Source of the DNA: Trichoplax adhaerens
Lineage: Eukaryota; Animalia; Placozoa
Direction: 5' to 3'
NCBI RefSeq assembly: GCF_000150275.1
Contig: NW_002060956.1
Span: forward strand, 752,913-816,912
Length of the DNA: 64,000 bases
In this document: positions 1 through 14,422 of the stretch, in pieces
Layout: every line of letters begins with the position of its first letter
Position numbering within the stretch: the stretch's first letter is position 1
Notes under the pieces: generated by a model
Database searches by the model: none
What the model saw: the letters and a program-made list of their open reading frames with translations, nothing else
What the model was told of the DNA's origin: nothing
Position numbers and translations under genes: made by a program

Positions 1-170
1 GGCAGTAGACCGCTAATTTATATTTATCAATGTAAAATAAAATAGTTTTATTTCAACGGTGGTCTGTATACCATAACCTTATGGATGTAACAGCGAGAAG
101 TATTAACGTTATAACAGCAACTTGCATGGAGTTAAAATTCTATCGCCCTTGGATATTAGATCATGTAGCA

Positions 171-3100
171 TTATCGAGTGATATAACCACTAATTCTGTA
201 ATAAATGAAGATAAAGTTAAGGCGCGTACACCAATTCAAAGTAAGAATTGCATTAAATACGATAGTAACTATAGTTAAAACTAGTGCCCAATAATAAACT
301 TACTCGAGCTTGCCAATCTCTTCCCCATAGAGTGTCAAACTTGCTACATAGCTTTTGCTTTCATGTGTCATGAAAGTTGTTAATGGAACGTGACAAGCGC
401 CTATACAGAAAATAAATCATCTAATTTAGGGAATATGTAGATTATCATTAAGAATTTTTATGAGGTACATCTGTATGCAACCATATGGTGCTAGTACAAA
501 ATGTGCTATAAAGAGGTATACTTGTAGAGCACTAGGGAAATAACAAATAACCAAGACTTTATAATATCGCAAAGCACATTATATAATAAAAGTATAAATA
601 CTAAAGTTAATTTGTATGCGTATATAAGATTATCGCTACGTACCCAAATATTCTCCATTATCACTTGTTTTTAAAGATACTAAAAGCGATTGGCGTTCAA
701 GATATTCATCAAAAGGGTATTTTGCTTTCATCTAGATAGTAAAGGATAGCAACTAAATATTTCAACTACAAGAAATGATGTTAGATAAACATTATAATAA
801 AACCATTATCATCAATACCCTGTTAGGAAGATCAGAAGATTCCCACAGCGGACAAAGATGGATTTGATTTGATGGGATTGATGAATGGGGTATTTGTGAA
901 GTAATTGAATTTATTTGCCATCCTGAGGTATTAGGTGCGCTTTCTACGGGATCTGCATGCGAATAAAAGCGTTTCCGAATCGCAAGATTTACAATTAACA
1001 AAGTCCTTAACGAGAATTAGATGAAATAAAATCGTAGATATTGCATTATTTAACATATTTCAGAAATGTGGTTTTTATAATCGATCAGATTATATTTACC
1101 TTCTAAACAGGACGAAACAAATTCTAAAGTGAAATGAGCAACATAGCGTTTAACTGAACGGATCTGTAAGTAAATAATATCTTATTTTAATATCATATAC
1201 CGTACAATTGCACAGGATCTTACTAAAATGAATTAAAGTGAAAATATTTACTTAAAGATGAGACGTTAGTAAAAACAAATAATTAAGCTTTCAAAGTTAT
1301 TAAAAGTAATAATTCGGTTGAATTGCTAATCAATCAAGATTTGACTTTAATTTTTGAAGTCAGATAAGCACGATAGTTAAAGTTTAATAGATTGATGATA
1401 CTGAATATTGATGGGACGATAATCTCAGCAATGTAAGGCATTGAGGATCAGAACAATAGACGACGTACCGCAGCATGAGCATTCAATATTGCAATATACG
1501 CGGGCATCTTATGCGGATTATAATTGAGCTTTTTCACTTAAACGTGCGAGTTTTATAGTCAAAATTAGTAGTTAAAACAATTTTAAAAAAGTATATATAT
1601 ACACATAGAAATTTTTTTGTGATAATTTGTAACCTAGCAAACGTTCCAAATTTTTATCCAGTATTTACTAAAAATGCACATATTATTAATAACAATTACA
1701 CACACAGTATGATAATAAGTTTCCGTAAACTTACTAATATCGACCAAACGGTTACTATTAACATCAGTTTGGTACAATCCAAAAACAGGCAAATGATCGC
1801 TTGTCAGTATATCATGAACGGATCCTACACAAATTTAAATTACGGATAATTATAGATGCTACGATATCTGATTGATGCTGTTGCACAAGTAAGCGTATTT
1901 CGTCTTCTAGCTAAAGTAGAAATATTTATAATTCACTCAATCACTTAATTTTCTCATACAGAAAATGTACGATGATAAGAATAGGCAAAATTAGCTTTAT
2001 TGACTCCACTCAGTACCTTTATAGGTAGGTAGGAAAATCAAACAAGCTTGCATATCAGCATTTGTGAGAACAAAAGTAACAGTGACTTGATGCATCGTTT
2101 TATAACTATGACTAAATTATTCAAAATTCTTTGCTATAACAAAATCTAAGTGCTTTACTGCACGTATATTGTGGTAGCAGTCTTCGGTAAGGTATTACAA
2201 TTTGCCTGCATATGTAGTTCATGTATACGTACTAATTTTTACTATGGACTAAGAAAGAAACTGCATCTAGTTTTGAGACAACTTTATAATGTCACGAAAG
2301 TACTAATAGCAAATCATACCGTATGATATACATTCCATAGCAAGACTTGGATACGACTTCCATAAGATACGATCACACCAAGAAGGTGTATTAATTGCGT
2401 TCTAAAAATTATATCTAAGATTAGATGTAGACTATTTATAAACTGAAAAGAAAAGTAAAACATAACATTAAGTTAATCATGCTTACTCTGCCTCCTGGTC
2501 TCCTCTTGAAACAATCATATGCATCATCTTTACCAACCACTAAGCGATAAGTTGGGGGAAAATTCAGTTCTCTTTCACCTGCATAATCAGTTATTTAGTT
2601 AATAATAAATAATCGCATAATCATATCCGATATCAAAACAGGTAACATTAGGTGATCGTTAATATTGTAACGTCAGTTCAGGTACCAATTTTAATAGACG
2701 AAATCATTTATTGTATGTTTTATCCCACGACAACTTATCATCAAATTGAAATGTCTAATTTTGTGATTAATCTAAAGCTATAGTCAGCTCGTGACATACG
2801 CCAATCAGTAAATACACTGCCATTCAACTTCTCTTGATGCAATTGGTCTACTTGAAATAATTTGGCAAAATTTCTACAGGAAATACCATTATTGGCTTCC
2901 TGAAATGATAAAAAGTTAAAAGCGCTACCTTAAGTTAACCTGTCGTAAGATATGCTAAAATTTTAAAGACAGTTTATCTAGTAGTGAATCAGTTTACAAA
3001 TGAAAAAGGGTGCTGAATTAAATATAACTTTTCATGTTAATGAATTGCACAATATCAATCAACCAATTGATTGATCACAGATGCAGGGAACAAAAATTTA

Positions 3101-6100
3101 AAGGCTTGAGATATTTCCACTAGAGCTGAAACAAATATAACTGTATTCTTAAAGGCTACTAAGGAAGGAAATTACCGGAACAGCCATCTCTAATCTATAA
3201 TTCAAATCGCCAAACCAAAAGATATGATGAAACTGATGTGTAACGTCCGTTATATTTGGATTTAGGTCTCCCAAGCATAAATTACGGGCAATGGCTTGAA
3301 CGTTATCTTGTCGCCTATAGAATGCCAAAACTTGTGTAACTTTACTTCAATTATAATAATAAAGCCTTACCATCGGTTAAATTAATGTAAAAGTAATCTC
3401 TAACATTTTATTACACATCAATTGAAGTTAGTGTCATGAGATTGATTTTTACCTTTTCTTTTCTTCAACTCTCGCAGCTAAATGACTATTGATGAAACAA
3501 AAATTTGTATCGTCTAATCGAAATGATACGGCTACACCGCCTTTATTACCTACAAATATAGATTTAAAATACTTTCAAAGATTAATTCTCGATTATTTAC
3601 AGATTGGTGCTGAGTACATAGCAGTAAGGGATCTTAAACGCTATTTATACATCAGAAATGTCATTTGTAAATCGTTACTGAAATTTTACCGAGTGTGCCT
3701 CCTGCTCCAGTCCTAACTTGAGCGGATTTAACGTCAGTAATTCGGAAAGCAACTTCTGGCCGGCATAATATTACAATCCTAATTCCCCATAAGCTATTCA
3801 CTTGTACCTACGTAATTGATTAATTAATATCACGATATAAACTTCCTAAATCAATATTTATTATTAATTAAATTAGTTAATTTAACTACTTAAATTAATT
3901 ATATAAAATATTAGGATCAAAAGATCGTCCTACCATACTATAATCCAAATTAGTAATTTGATACAATGAATTTTTCAATTTGTCAACCCACTCTGATTCG
4001 GGGATTGATGAACCCTCCTTTGTTTAAGATTAATAGTTGAGAAGGCTAACTTTAACGATAGATATATGGATCGTGATATCTAATGCATATATCACCTAAC
4101 TAATTACTGATAGGAGCCATTTAGATAGTTTTTACTTTATTACTATACATCGATAGTGTACAGTATATCTACCTGTGTACCGAAAGCATAGATATCAAAT
4201 GCTATATCAGCTTTCTTGTTCAGTTTTATGCCTTGGCCGTGACACAGCGGCCATGATTGTATATCATCTGGTGGACGTTTACCACCTATGATATGGCATT
4301 CATAAAATATCCATTAGTATCAATTACCGACTTAAAAATGTGCAAAATAGAATTTAGATCTGTTTGCAGATACCCATATTCCATGTACCAACAAAGATAT
4401 TGATTTTATCGCTGTGTTTAGATGTATCTGGGTCTTTTAAACTCTCTACGCCAGAGAAAAACTGTTGCGCTGACTATTAACATAAACCAATACAAATGCA
4501 AAGCGTTATAATTTCAGAGGGTTAAGATTGCTGCTTTCTATAATTACTTGTGAGTTTATTTGCAGAATCAAACTTACGCGCGCATCTGGAAATCGAAAAA
4601 TATGCTGCCGGCTAAATTTGCCTTTACCGAAGATTAATTTCAATTTCTGAAAGTCTTCCGGATCTTTAATAACGCGATAAACTAGAAAATTGATTGATTT
4701 ATTACTGAAAATCTTAACAGTTCATTCGCCAGCGAGAAGATTGACGTAGAAGCGATTGCATCATGAGAATCGTTAATTAGAATAGTATTACTTTCTGAGG
4801 GGAGGGTTTTAGAAATAACCGTTCCTTCTTCCGAACTAAGCAAAATTTCCAGTTGTCCTACAGACAGAATTTACGAAAAATTTCAATAACGTGATTGACT
4901 ACAAAAATAAGTTATTTGGCAGCAAATATTTATGCACGTTAAATGTTACTAGCGTATAATCCAAAGGGATTAGTAATTGCAAAATTGTTAAAATGTAAAT
5001 ATCAAGAGTATAAAACATACTCTTGCTAAAATCTATTTTAATTGCGGCTTCGGTGGTTTTTCTCTTTTCGGATAGGACAATTACCTAAAATGGAAGTTCG
5101 ATAGAGATACAATACATTAAGATCAATCACTAAGAACTGTCTTTTAGAAAGCACACTGATTATATTGTTGATAATAAATTAAACGACTACGCTGTCAATA
5201 TTTGGATAAAATGTCAAGTTTAATGCTCCTTTGCATCTCACTTTGTAAGATCGATTCGGCAAACGAACTTCCCGAGGTTCATCTGCATCCGGAGATTGTC
5301 TTGTAGCAGGATCATGATCATCATCTGAAGTCCTTGCTGGGTGAATATCGTCACTTTCGTTACTAGATGTATGATCAGTTATCATTGCAGAATCTCCACT
5401 ATTTGAACCAGATGATGAGGGATTATCAGCATCAACGTCAGCTTTCAGTAGTTTAAAGAACTAGGTTTGAAATTTAAAACAAATATTTTCATTTTCATCT
5501 TAAAGTATGTATGAGAAGAAACGGAACGGAGTGGTATGATTTAATGACAATTGCTTCTTTAAAGTGAATCTCTCTTCGATATCAGTGCGTCACTATTTCA
5601 GTCGGTTTATTGATTCATTATACATGTGCATTTTTACCAAGTACGGCGATAAATAAATTTAATATTCTTATTTTACCTGGTCATTAACGTTTTGTAATAA
5701 TTGCCGGCAAGAAGACAACTTATTGACTACCGCATCAACAGTCAGTTCCATGGGTGAATCATCGTTATCAGGTCGTATTCGATAAAGGAAGTCCAGTGAA
5801 TCCGGAGCGGGCTAGATTGTATTGTGGAATATAGTATACAACAGTAAGTCATGGATTAATTTAAAATTATAAAAATTACTCGAGTTTAAAGTAATCCTAA
5901 CGAATCAATATGTAAAAAATATTATACTCTAGAATTTACACTACCAGCTCTCAATGGTATAAAAATTCTTCCTAATTCACCTCGTCATGATTGCTACTTA
6001 AGATTAGCAACTCTATTAGCTTTTGAGCATAAAGTGTCTGTATTATACGCTTACAATAGCTACAGGGTCTAGCTTTATTCCATATGCTGTACATAAGTGT

Positions 6101-9100
6101 AAGCTACATAATTCTGCATAAAGTATTTATGGTTTTAATTGCAGCGCAAGTATACTGTATATGGCATGCATCACTTGCAGCAGCATCCTTTCAATTTCAT
6201 CATTGAAATTATACAGTAATTTATTGAATACTTATCGTAAATTTCACGAATTTAAGTAACCGTAATACAACAGATATACAAATATAAATATACGGATAGT
6301 TTCTTTATAATCCGTAGTAGAGTAGTACAGTATATTGATTATTATCTATAAATCTGTGATATTAACCACTGTGACTAAATATGCAATATATTAGAAAGAA
6401 TTAATTATTAATTATTAATCGATAAAATTTTTCTACAATAGACCGTTCTAAACGGATAATTACAATTATCATATCTTTATAATAGTTCTCTATATATGAG
6501 ATTGTAATTGCTACCTTACCTGCGCAATCCTAGTTGTAATCTGTGCCATAGTGTCCAAGTAACCATTAAAGTGATCAATCTCGCTAGAAAATACGTATTA
6601 TCATAAAATATTGGCTAACATATTTGTGATAATATATCATAAGAAAATGGTAATCTAAATTGCTACCTGTTCAGTTGCTTTGACAACAAAGCTAATAGTT
6701 TTTCAAATTTCGTACAACGACCGCTGTTATTTGTTTTAATGTCATTTAAGTCGTCTAATACTTCTTTTTCAAAATAGGTTTGCATCAATTTGGTATGTTC
6801 ATTAGAGTATCTATATCGAGATTAGGTTTAGCTTAGCGCATAATATCATTAACAAATAAGTTTCATACAATGTTATCTACAACAGTTCTATACATAGCTG
6901 ATATATTGACTTTTATCGGACCTTGTAACAAATACGAAGATATGTTTTTTGATAGCACATAATTAAATTAAGCTCACCCTAAGGAAGGTATACTCCTGTT
7001 AGCGATCTCTTTAAGTAATGTTTTTAAGCTGTTTTCATAATTTGATTCATCTTTAGAAATCAATGAAGGAAGAGTATATGAATCATAAACAATTTATTTT
7101 AATGTCAAAAAAGACAAGTGGATGATTTGCTACAACTAAAATATAGGCGTCGAGGAAATTGCTCGAAAATACGTGAAACTGCTAATGAAGTGTGAAAATC
7201 TTATTATTTTTAATCTCGCTGATCAAATTTGTGTATAACAATATAATACTGATATGAAATACGTGTACTATTGCGGTACAATAGTCAACAACAATAACTG
7301 TTAATATCTTTACGGAAATCAGGTTGAGCGATAACTGGTAAGAGCAATATTAAGTATAGGGTATATTGTAAAGTCGTGATGTTTATTTTAATTTATTGTA
7401 CGCAATTAATAAATGCTATAACGTTTATTGGCTTAGAAGTAAAATAAGTATAGTAATAGAAATACCTTCTTCTGTTGGTGTTGGTGGAGAGACTGACTTA
7501 GTAAGGGGATGCGCTAAGCCTTGGTTAGGCTGCCTGAAATGCTTTACCAGTTCGTCCATACTGCTGAAAGTCTTTTCGGTAAATCCTTCACACTATTATA
7601 AACAAATAAACAGCTCATTTTTAGACATAAATCTCATATTGTTGCGATTAATTAGATGGCAGTGATATTAGTCACCTATTTTCTATTTTAACGGCCTTAA
7701 TTACTTTGTACTGTAATATTTGATGCTAGTTGCTTTTAAAAATTAGGTGAACCTTCTGCAGTGCTAAATTTTATGTTAGGTAACTAATATTATATATAGC
7801 AAATATAACAGTAAGAAAATTCCAAAACAAAAGTAGGTGAAGTGTGTTATTCTTTATCCAAACACGCATGCATAAAGGTATTGCAGGGAAGTGAGTTCAT
7901 GCATGCTTCATACTATTTTTACTAAATATTAAGCTATTACAACATGATTTAACTATCAGTTCTTTGGTACGGTAAATACATATAAAATTGATTGACATTT
8001 TTTATTAGCTGTTCCATTATGGCAATAAATAGTAAAATTTTAAGTTATCACTTACCACAAATCGGCCATGAAATACTTTTATCCTATGATGGAAGAATTT
8101 GTTGCGATATCTAAGAGTGTTATATATATATTAGAATAATGTCATTATTAAATTCATTTTCGAAGAACAATAAATCGACACTAATTACACATGTAGTGAA
8201 AAGACCGAAAAAAATGAACTCCAATTCTTTAGCGGTATTCTATTTATGATACTGTAGATTTTTTTACTAACATAGCTGTTAGATGTTATTTGGTATACTG
8301 TAACAGATTGATTGCTTAACATGATCCACAGATCGCCTTAAACGTTAATGAATATTACATTATTCAGATACAGATAACTGATATCGTAAATGTAAATCCC
8401 TTTTTCAATCATGGATTACTAAATGGTTCTAGTATTTTACATACTAAACTATCAACTCGGTACTATTTTTTAACAATATATTGTAGTGCTTTCTTGGTAT
8501 TATCTTTCTTCATACAATCTACATTACTGAAAGGTTAATTATAGCTTCTTTGACAGACAATGTAGAGGAGGACAAACATCGTAAATCAATGATAATTATA
8601 AATTTAACGACAATAGATAGCTATCGTACTAGATAAAGCAGTTAGTACGTCTATCGAGTAAATGGAGTGACTTGAAGTACCATTCTAATAGTTAGTCAAT
8701 GATCACGAAAAGTAGTACAGTAGTAGTATATATGGGTAAATATAACATGTAACTGTAACAAGAATTATATAGTATACTGTATTAGTGTATACAGTACGTA
8801 AACTAACTGCTTCATAAAAGACAATAATTTAGATAGTGTAGCTAAGGAGCAAGTCTGATTTAGACGTAAAATTACAACTATTTGACTGTTCCATGATTGG
8901 TTGTCACATCGAAAAGAAGGACGGAATCATATCGATAGGTATGCATTCCATATTGTCTATGCGTTTTTAAAGTGTGCTTACGATACAATTCCCAGCAGCT
9001 CATTTCCTATTGACTTAACTTATGATATGTTAGAGAGGATGAAACGGTATAAAGTAATCTAGTTATTAGAGCCTTACATATGAACAACTTATCCAATCGA

Positions 9101-9734
9101 TCCATTACCGCCAAAAATGTAGTGTAAATATAGTGAATTAATGATATCGGATATCCTGCAGCGACTTAGGATAGGTAAAGAGTATTGATTATCATCTATT
9201 AGTGCTCTTCTCCTGTAGCTAACAATCCAATTTGCAGTCATTTCTTTGAGTATCAGACTGATAGATCTTTTTTAGTGTATTTACAAATACAGTCTTTAAC
9301 TAGGGCCAGGAGATACTTAATAAGGTATACCTTTAGGTTTAAATTTATTCGATACACCAATACAGTGATTAATTGGTGTTATCCTGCAGATAATTTAAGA
9401 CTTGACTTCGGAATCGAATCAATCGTATGATTGCTGTTGCGATTGCATGATTATATATCATATTAGGTCAGGAATTAACTCCTGATTTATAATTAGTTGT
9501 GCAAATTTTACATTTATCGTTCGTAGTATGATAGAGCAAGTTCATGTCTGATCATAACAGTCAGTTTTTTTAATAATAAAATCCATAAATACTGTACCTT
9601 ATTGATAATGCGAATGTGCCCGGTACACGATGACTAGGTCTGATTAGGAAGGCACCATCTTGGTCTTCTAGTCTGAGTAGGTCTTCAGCCTGTTCATAGG
9701 AAACGTCAATGTAATAATTGGCTAAGTTCTCCAT
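171..9734 (-). CDS. SH2-domain inositol polyphosphate 5-phosphatase (SHIP1/SHIP2, INPP5D/INPPL1-like), multi-exon, apparently complete
   Basis: Manual splicing. Exon 9598-9734 gives [45 protein letters not shown] (SH2), continued by [10 protein letters not shown] (~8.1 kb) and [22 protein letters not shown] (~7.5 kb). 5-phosphatase motifs: IFVGTWNMG (~4.39 kb), [18 protein letters not shown] (~3.5 kb), FWFGDLNYR (~3.2 kb), PSWCDRILW (~2.37 kb), TSDHLPV (~1.79 kb). SHIP-type C2 segments: [25 protein letters not shown]. Last exon 171-195 ends EISGYITR*; minus-strand AATAAA at 47-52. Confidence 0.9.
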
Positions 9735-10822
9735 GACTACTCAAAATGACCTCTACCTAATTTATATGGACCAGAAGAAAGAAAACGAAATTAATAATAA
9801 TTCGAAGTTACTGTAGCGTTGAATCAGGTAGCATAAAACGTGACTGGCAACGTTCACATATTAGTCGCATCCATAGTTCTAATGTGCGAATCAAGTGATA
9901 TATTAAGAATTGCATTAAATTATGTAGTAATAATGTCGTGACTATCGATAATAATATGTAATTGATCCGATTAATATTGGAGAAAATGCAATTTTTTCAA
10001 CATGTAATGAAAGTTTAATTGGATCAGACTCGATTCATGCAATTAACCTTCAAGGTGTAGCAGCTCGGTGACTCTGAGCGCTACAAATGATGATAAAATA
10101 AAGGAAAACTTTACGATACGTAACATATATGTTACGGCCAAAACCCGAAGTCCGGCCAATACGCGTAATGATAACCTATATATGTATATTTAGGATTAGT
10201 TTGCTCAACATGTTCGAAATATCAACAGAGTGCAGAGTGTATTAGATAAGATCCTGGAAATACTTAAGTGTCAATGACCAGGAACATCGATTTACTATTA
10301 ACGTTTGTAGAAATCAGGAGAATTGATTTCAACCAATTAATCGTCTTATCTACAATACTATTTTACTGCCAATTGCTTGACCATTTTAAATTATTTACAA
10401 ATTGAACATGAACTTGATTTATTCCGGTTGTACACGAGTATACTGCAAGTCGGGGTCTACTCTACTTAAGAGTTTCAATATTAGTATGATAGTCATCACA
10501 GGAAATGATCACTATTCTAATTTCAATGATACCATCTTGATAGCAAGCAATCAATCGATGCTGTAATCTAATGAAATATTTTTGATGGGCTCTTTAACAC
10601 CGCAATGCTGCATCCTCAGTACAAAACTATGGAATTATGACATCCAGGGCAATAACGATTCATGAATAAGACGTTGCAGGCTTGATTAATGATTTGCTAT
10701 GATTGCAACTAAACTTTGACAAATACTCACGCTGACTACGGTGCCAAATTCAATCATTTCAACGACTCAACAATAGCAACATCAGTCTCATTTCAACTTG
10801 CCTCAATTTTTCGATTGAAAAG

Positions 10823-11626
10823 CTCTATCAGGCTTGCTCAATATCCAAACTTTCGCAATATTCTCCTGATTACAGCGATCTTGAAACTCCAAATCACTGT
10901 TTTCACCCTTTTGTTGATACCGTCTATCCAGCAAGTTCTACTTTTATGCTTGTATGGCTCTGTCAGGCGTGCTCAATATCTAAATTTTCGCAATATTCTG
11001 ATTACAGCGATCTTGAAACTCCAAATCACTGTTTTCACCCTTTTGTAGATACCGTCTATCCAGCAAGTTCTACTTTTATGCTTGTATGGCTCTATCAGGC
11101 TTGCTCAATATCCAAACTTTCGCAATATTCTCCTGATTACAGCGATCTTGAAACTCCAAATCACTGTTTCCACCCTTTTGTTGATACCGTCTATCCAGCA
11201 AGTTCTACTTTTATGCTTGTATGGCTCTGTCAGGCGTACTCAATATCTAAATTTTCGCAATATTCTCCTGATTACAGCGATCTTGAAACTCCAAATCACT
11301 GTTTTCACCCTTTTGTAGATACCGTCTATCCAGCAAGTTCTACTTTTATGCTTGTATGGCTCTATCAGGCGTACTCAATATCTAAATTTTCGCAATATTC
11401 TCCTGATTACAGCGATCTTGAAACTCCAAATCACTGTTTTCACCCTTTTGTAGATACCGTCTATCCAGCAAGTTCTACTTTTATGCTTGTATGGCTCTAT
11501 CAGGCTTGCTCAATATCCAAATTTTCGCAATAATCTCCTGATTACAGCGATCTTGAAACTCCAAATCACTGTTTCCACCCTTTTGTTGATTGCGTCTATC
11601 CAGCAAGTTCTACTTTTATGCTTGTA
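10823..11626. repeat. 135-bp tandem repeat (satellite), ~6 copies
   Basis: Unit ctctatcaggcttgctcaatatc...cttgtatgg recurs at 10823, 10958, 11090, 11225, 11360 and 11495; copy 2 carries a 3-bp deletion. Confidence 0.97.
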
Positions 11627-14422
11627 CTGTACTTTTATACAGTATAGTACAGTCCATTTAGTGGTTGGTTGCTGTTGACAGTACAGTACTGCACAGGATG
11701 GTACTTTGTACTATATTGTTCATCATCATAACAGGGACTACTGGAAAGAGGAGGAGGGTCAGAGTGTAGTTAAAATAACCAGCAAAAAAAAGGTCGGCCT
11801 CCATATTGCTTACGAAAGTTCATGATAATTATTGTTATAATAACTCGCCAAGAAAGCCGTCCTCTCCCTCTGGATCACCTTGTTTGCTAGCTTTTGCCGA
11901 GGGCTGATTGCACCCTGGGGTAGTAGTCAGGGACATCCAGATGCTAAATTGCTAAGTTGGTTTTGTGCAATATATTATACGGTTTCATGGATACCGTAGA
12001 GTAGAAGGAGTAGAAAAATGAAATGATCAAACTCCGTATTATTTTGCAATGGTGACGGTTTGACGTCCCTCTTGCTTTGCCTTTTTTATACAGTATAGAC
12101 GTTTTCGAAATCCAACCTTCTTTTTCTGTAACAAACGAGCGCTTCTGTGCAAATGTCCCTGCGGACAGACATTCCAGCTTTATGGATGAGATTGAATTGC
12201 AAACTTTACACTCCAGTTTAGGCGTTATGACTGTTTACAGTAAGTTGAATTTCCTTGCAGAAATGATTAAACTGTACATTTAAATGAAGGTAAATTTGAT
12301 TAGTTTTGATAGATTCCTAACCCACCCTCTCTCATAAACTCCCAGCTTTTATACCCTCGACGGCGGATTATACCGTAGGGTATCTGCAAAACCGAGCAAC
12401 ACTTGCAAATCCTAACCGTACAGGTCCTTGTCCTAACATCGCTATTTTATGTCATAGGTGTTGCACTAATCTTAGCACTTTCGAAATGGCAGTAGAGTAC
12501 AGTACAAGCTGTAGTTGTGGTGAAACTACGCCATCATAAAACTCTATCTGTTATATCGATACCAAAGCATGATCATGGAGAAGAATCGAACAGGTTTACT
12601 AAAAACTACCTGGTAGTCACACAAGACACAAGTCATAAACTCACAATACTATACAGTTACTGTACGGAAAATTTCTCATTCGCAAAGTACATTGCAGTAA
12701 TAGTTTATTTATTTAAGAAAATTAATGACATATCACCGCACGGTGGGACGGTATAGTCAGATCAGTATTAAAGTTAAGTGGAAAGGTCAGAGAAATTAGC
12801 TTGCTGTAAATGAATGCAGCAGTTGCTTTCAAAAATTGACAGCCATAACGATGATCTCACCTTTCATTTTAGTCAATTTTACGGTATCTTGCTCGCTAAA
12901 GAACGGAGTAATTGTATAATGCATCATTCATATTATAGTACTCGTATATGAGAAGACGGCCAAAACGCGTATAACAGGTTAACGTGATGGCTGTCAATAA
13001 ATTTGATTAGGCTGTTGTTACTGGTAAAAATACCTTTCGGTAGTGAAAGACAGCTTGGCCAAGATTGTGTAGTTCCAATCCTAAAGTACACGTACATGTA
13101 TTCTGCAATTCCATAGATATCAATGCCACAATTACTGCCATTAAACAATATCGCCGAACAAGTTGTTCGTGCGCTATCGCAAAATGCCTTAAACGCTGTA
13201 ATAAACAAATCCCTAACGTGATAACAATTTTACGATTAATCAAATCTTGAATAAAGTATTTGCATTAGATAAGTACTTCAGTACTAGTACTAAGGCTAAA
13301 CACGATATTCCATTTCTAAATGATGATGTAAATACACTTAAATACACGCGTAAACGTATCCTGAACCTCTGTCAAAGGAGGAATCGATTCTATACTGTAA
13401 TATAGTAGCACAATCTGCAGTAGTGTTCATTAAAATAACCATGAGAATAATATTGCATTTATTATTTTTTTTGCCCTGTACACTGTACAATAGTAGACAG
13501 TAGTATTCTGTATCCCCACTTCTGCTCTAATAACGCTATTCAGCATGCCTTCCGAATATTATACTGTTTGGCAATACTGTAGCACTGTATATGTTATTAT
13601 GAATGAATATATGGTTTGGTTTACTGTTATTGCGTGCGTGAAAATTCTAAAGTAGAGACTAGAGTAATGTTGAACACTCCTTTAGCATTTTTTGTAACTA
13701 GTGTACTGTTATTACGTTTTGGCATCATTTCAGCTATCGAGGAGTGCTAGCAGGCAGTTGCAATCATGAACTTTTGGCTTTTCCTTGTTGATCAAACATC
13801 CTCTAGTTCTGGAAGGGAAATCATATTGTGAAGCGGCAGACAACTATATCTATACCTGTAAATACTATAGACAGAGAATGACAAATATTAAAAATAATTG
13901 ATATCATATTGAATGACGACCATTTTTTTACCACTTTTTAAATTCCTACATGATGTTATCAATTATGATTGCTTTATCACTAGTACTAGTTGGATGACTA
14001 AAGCGATTACGTAATGCGTACATGGCACATTTTTGATATAATCAAAGTATTTCTACTATCAGCTGGATGATTTATGAATGATAAGCTGGAGTGTATGAAT
14101 AACTAGCAGAACTGTTTACATTGCCAGAGCTTCGTGATTGAGCAATGAAAGGTTCTAAATTTCTAGTAATCCGTGGCAATACCATACGATATGTTGGTAG
14201 GCTATACGTGTACTACAATACTGTATGTAGAAGAATACCTGTTTAAATATCTAATTTTTCGCTTGATTAAAAGTTTATGCTACTGTAATTATAATATATT
14301 CTTTCCAACTGAGTTCATTTATTTAGCCAAATATCATCTCTTGTACTGATATCGTAAGTTTTGCTCTATAAGCACGATTTGTGTACATATGTAATTGTTG
14401 GTACGATAGCTAAATAACCGTA

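Noticed and set aside
10823-11626. CRISPR-like array
   Set aside because: Units are contiguous near-identical monomers with no unique spacers, there are no cas genes, and the context is eukaryotic.
10716-11678. Hydrophobic repeat ORFs (YGSIRLAQY..LLITAILKL), also at 62327 and 63272
   Set aside because: Alternative-frame translations of the satellite, broken by a recurrent TAG variant.
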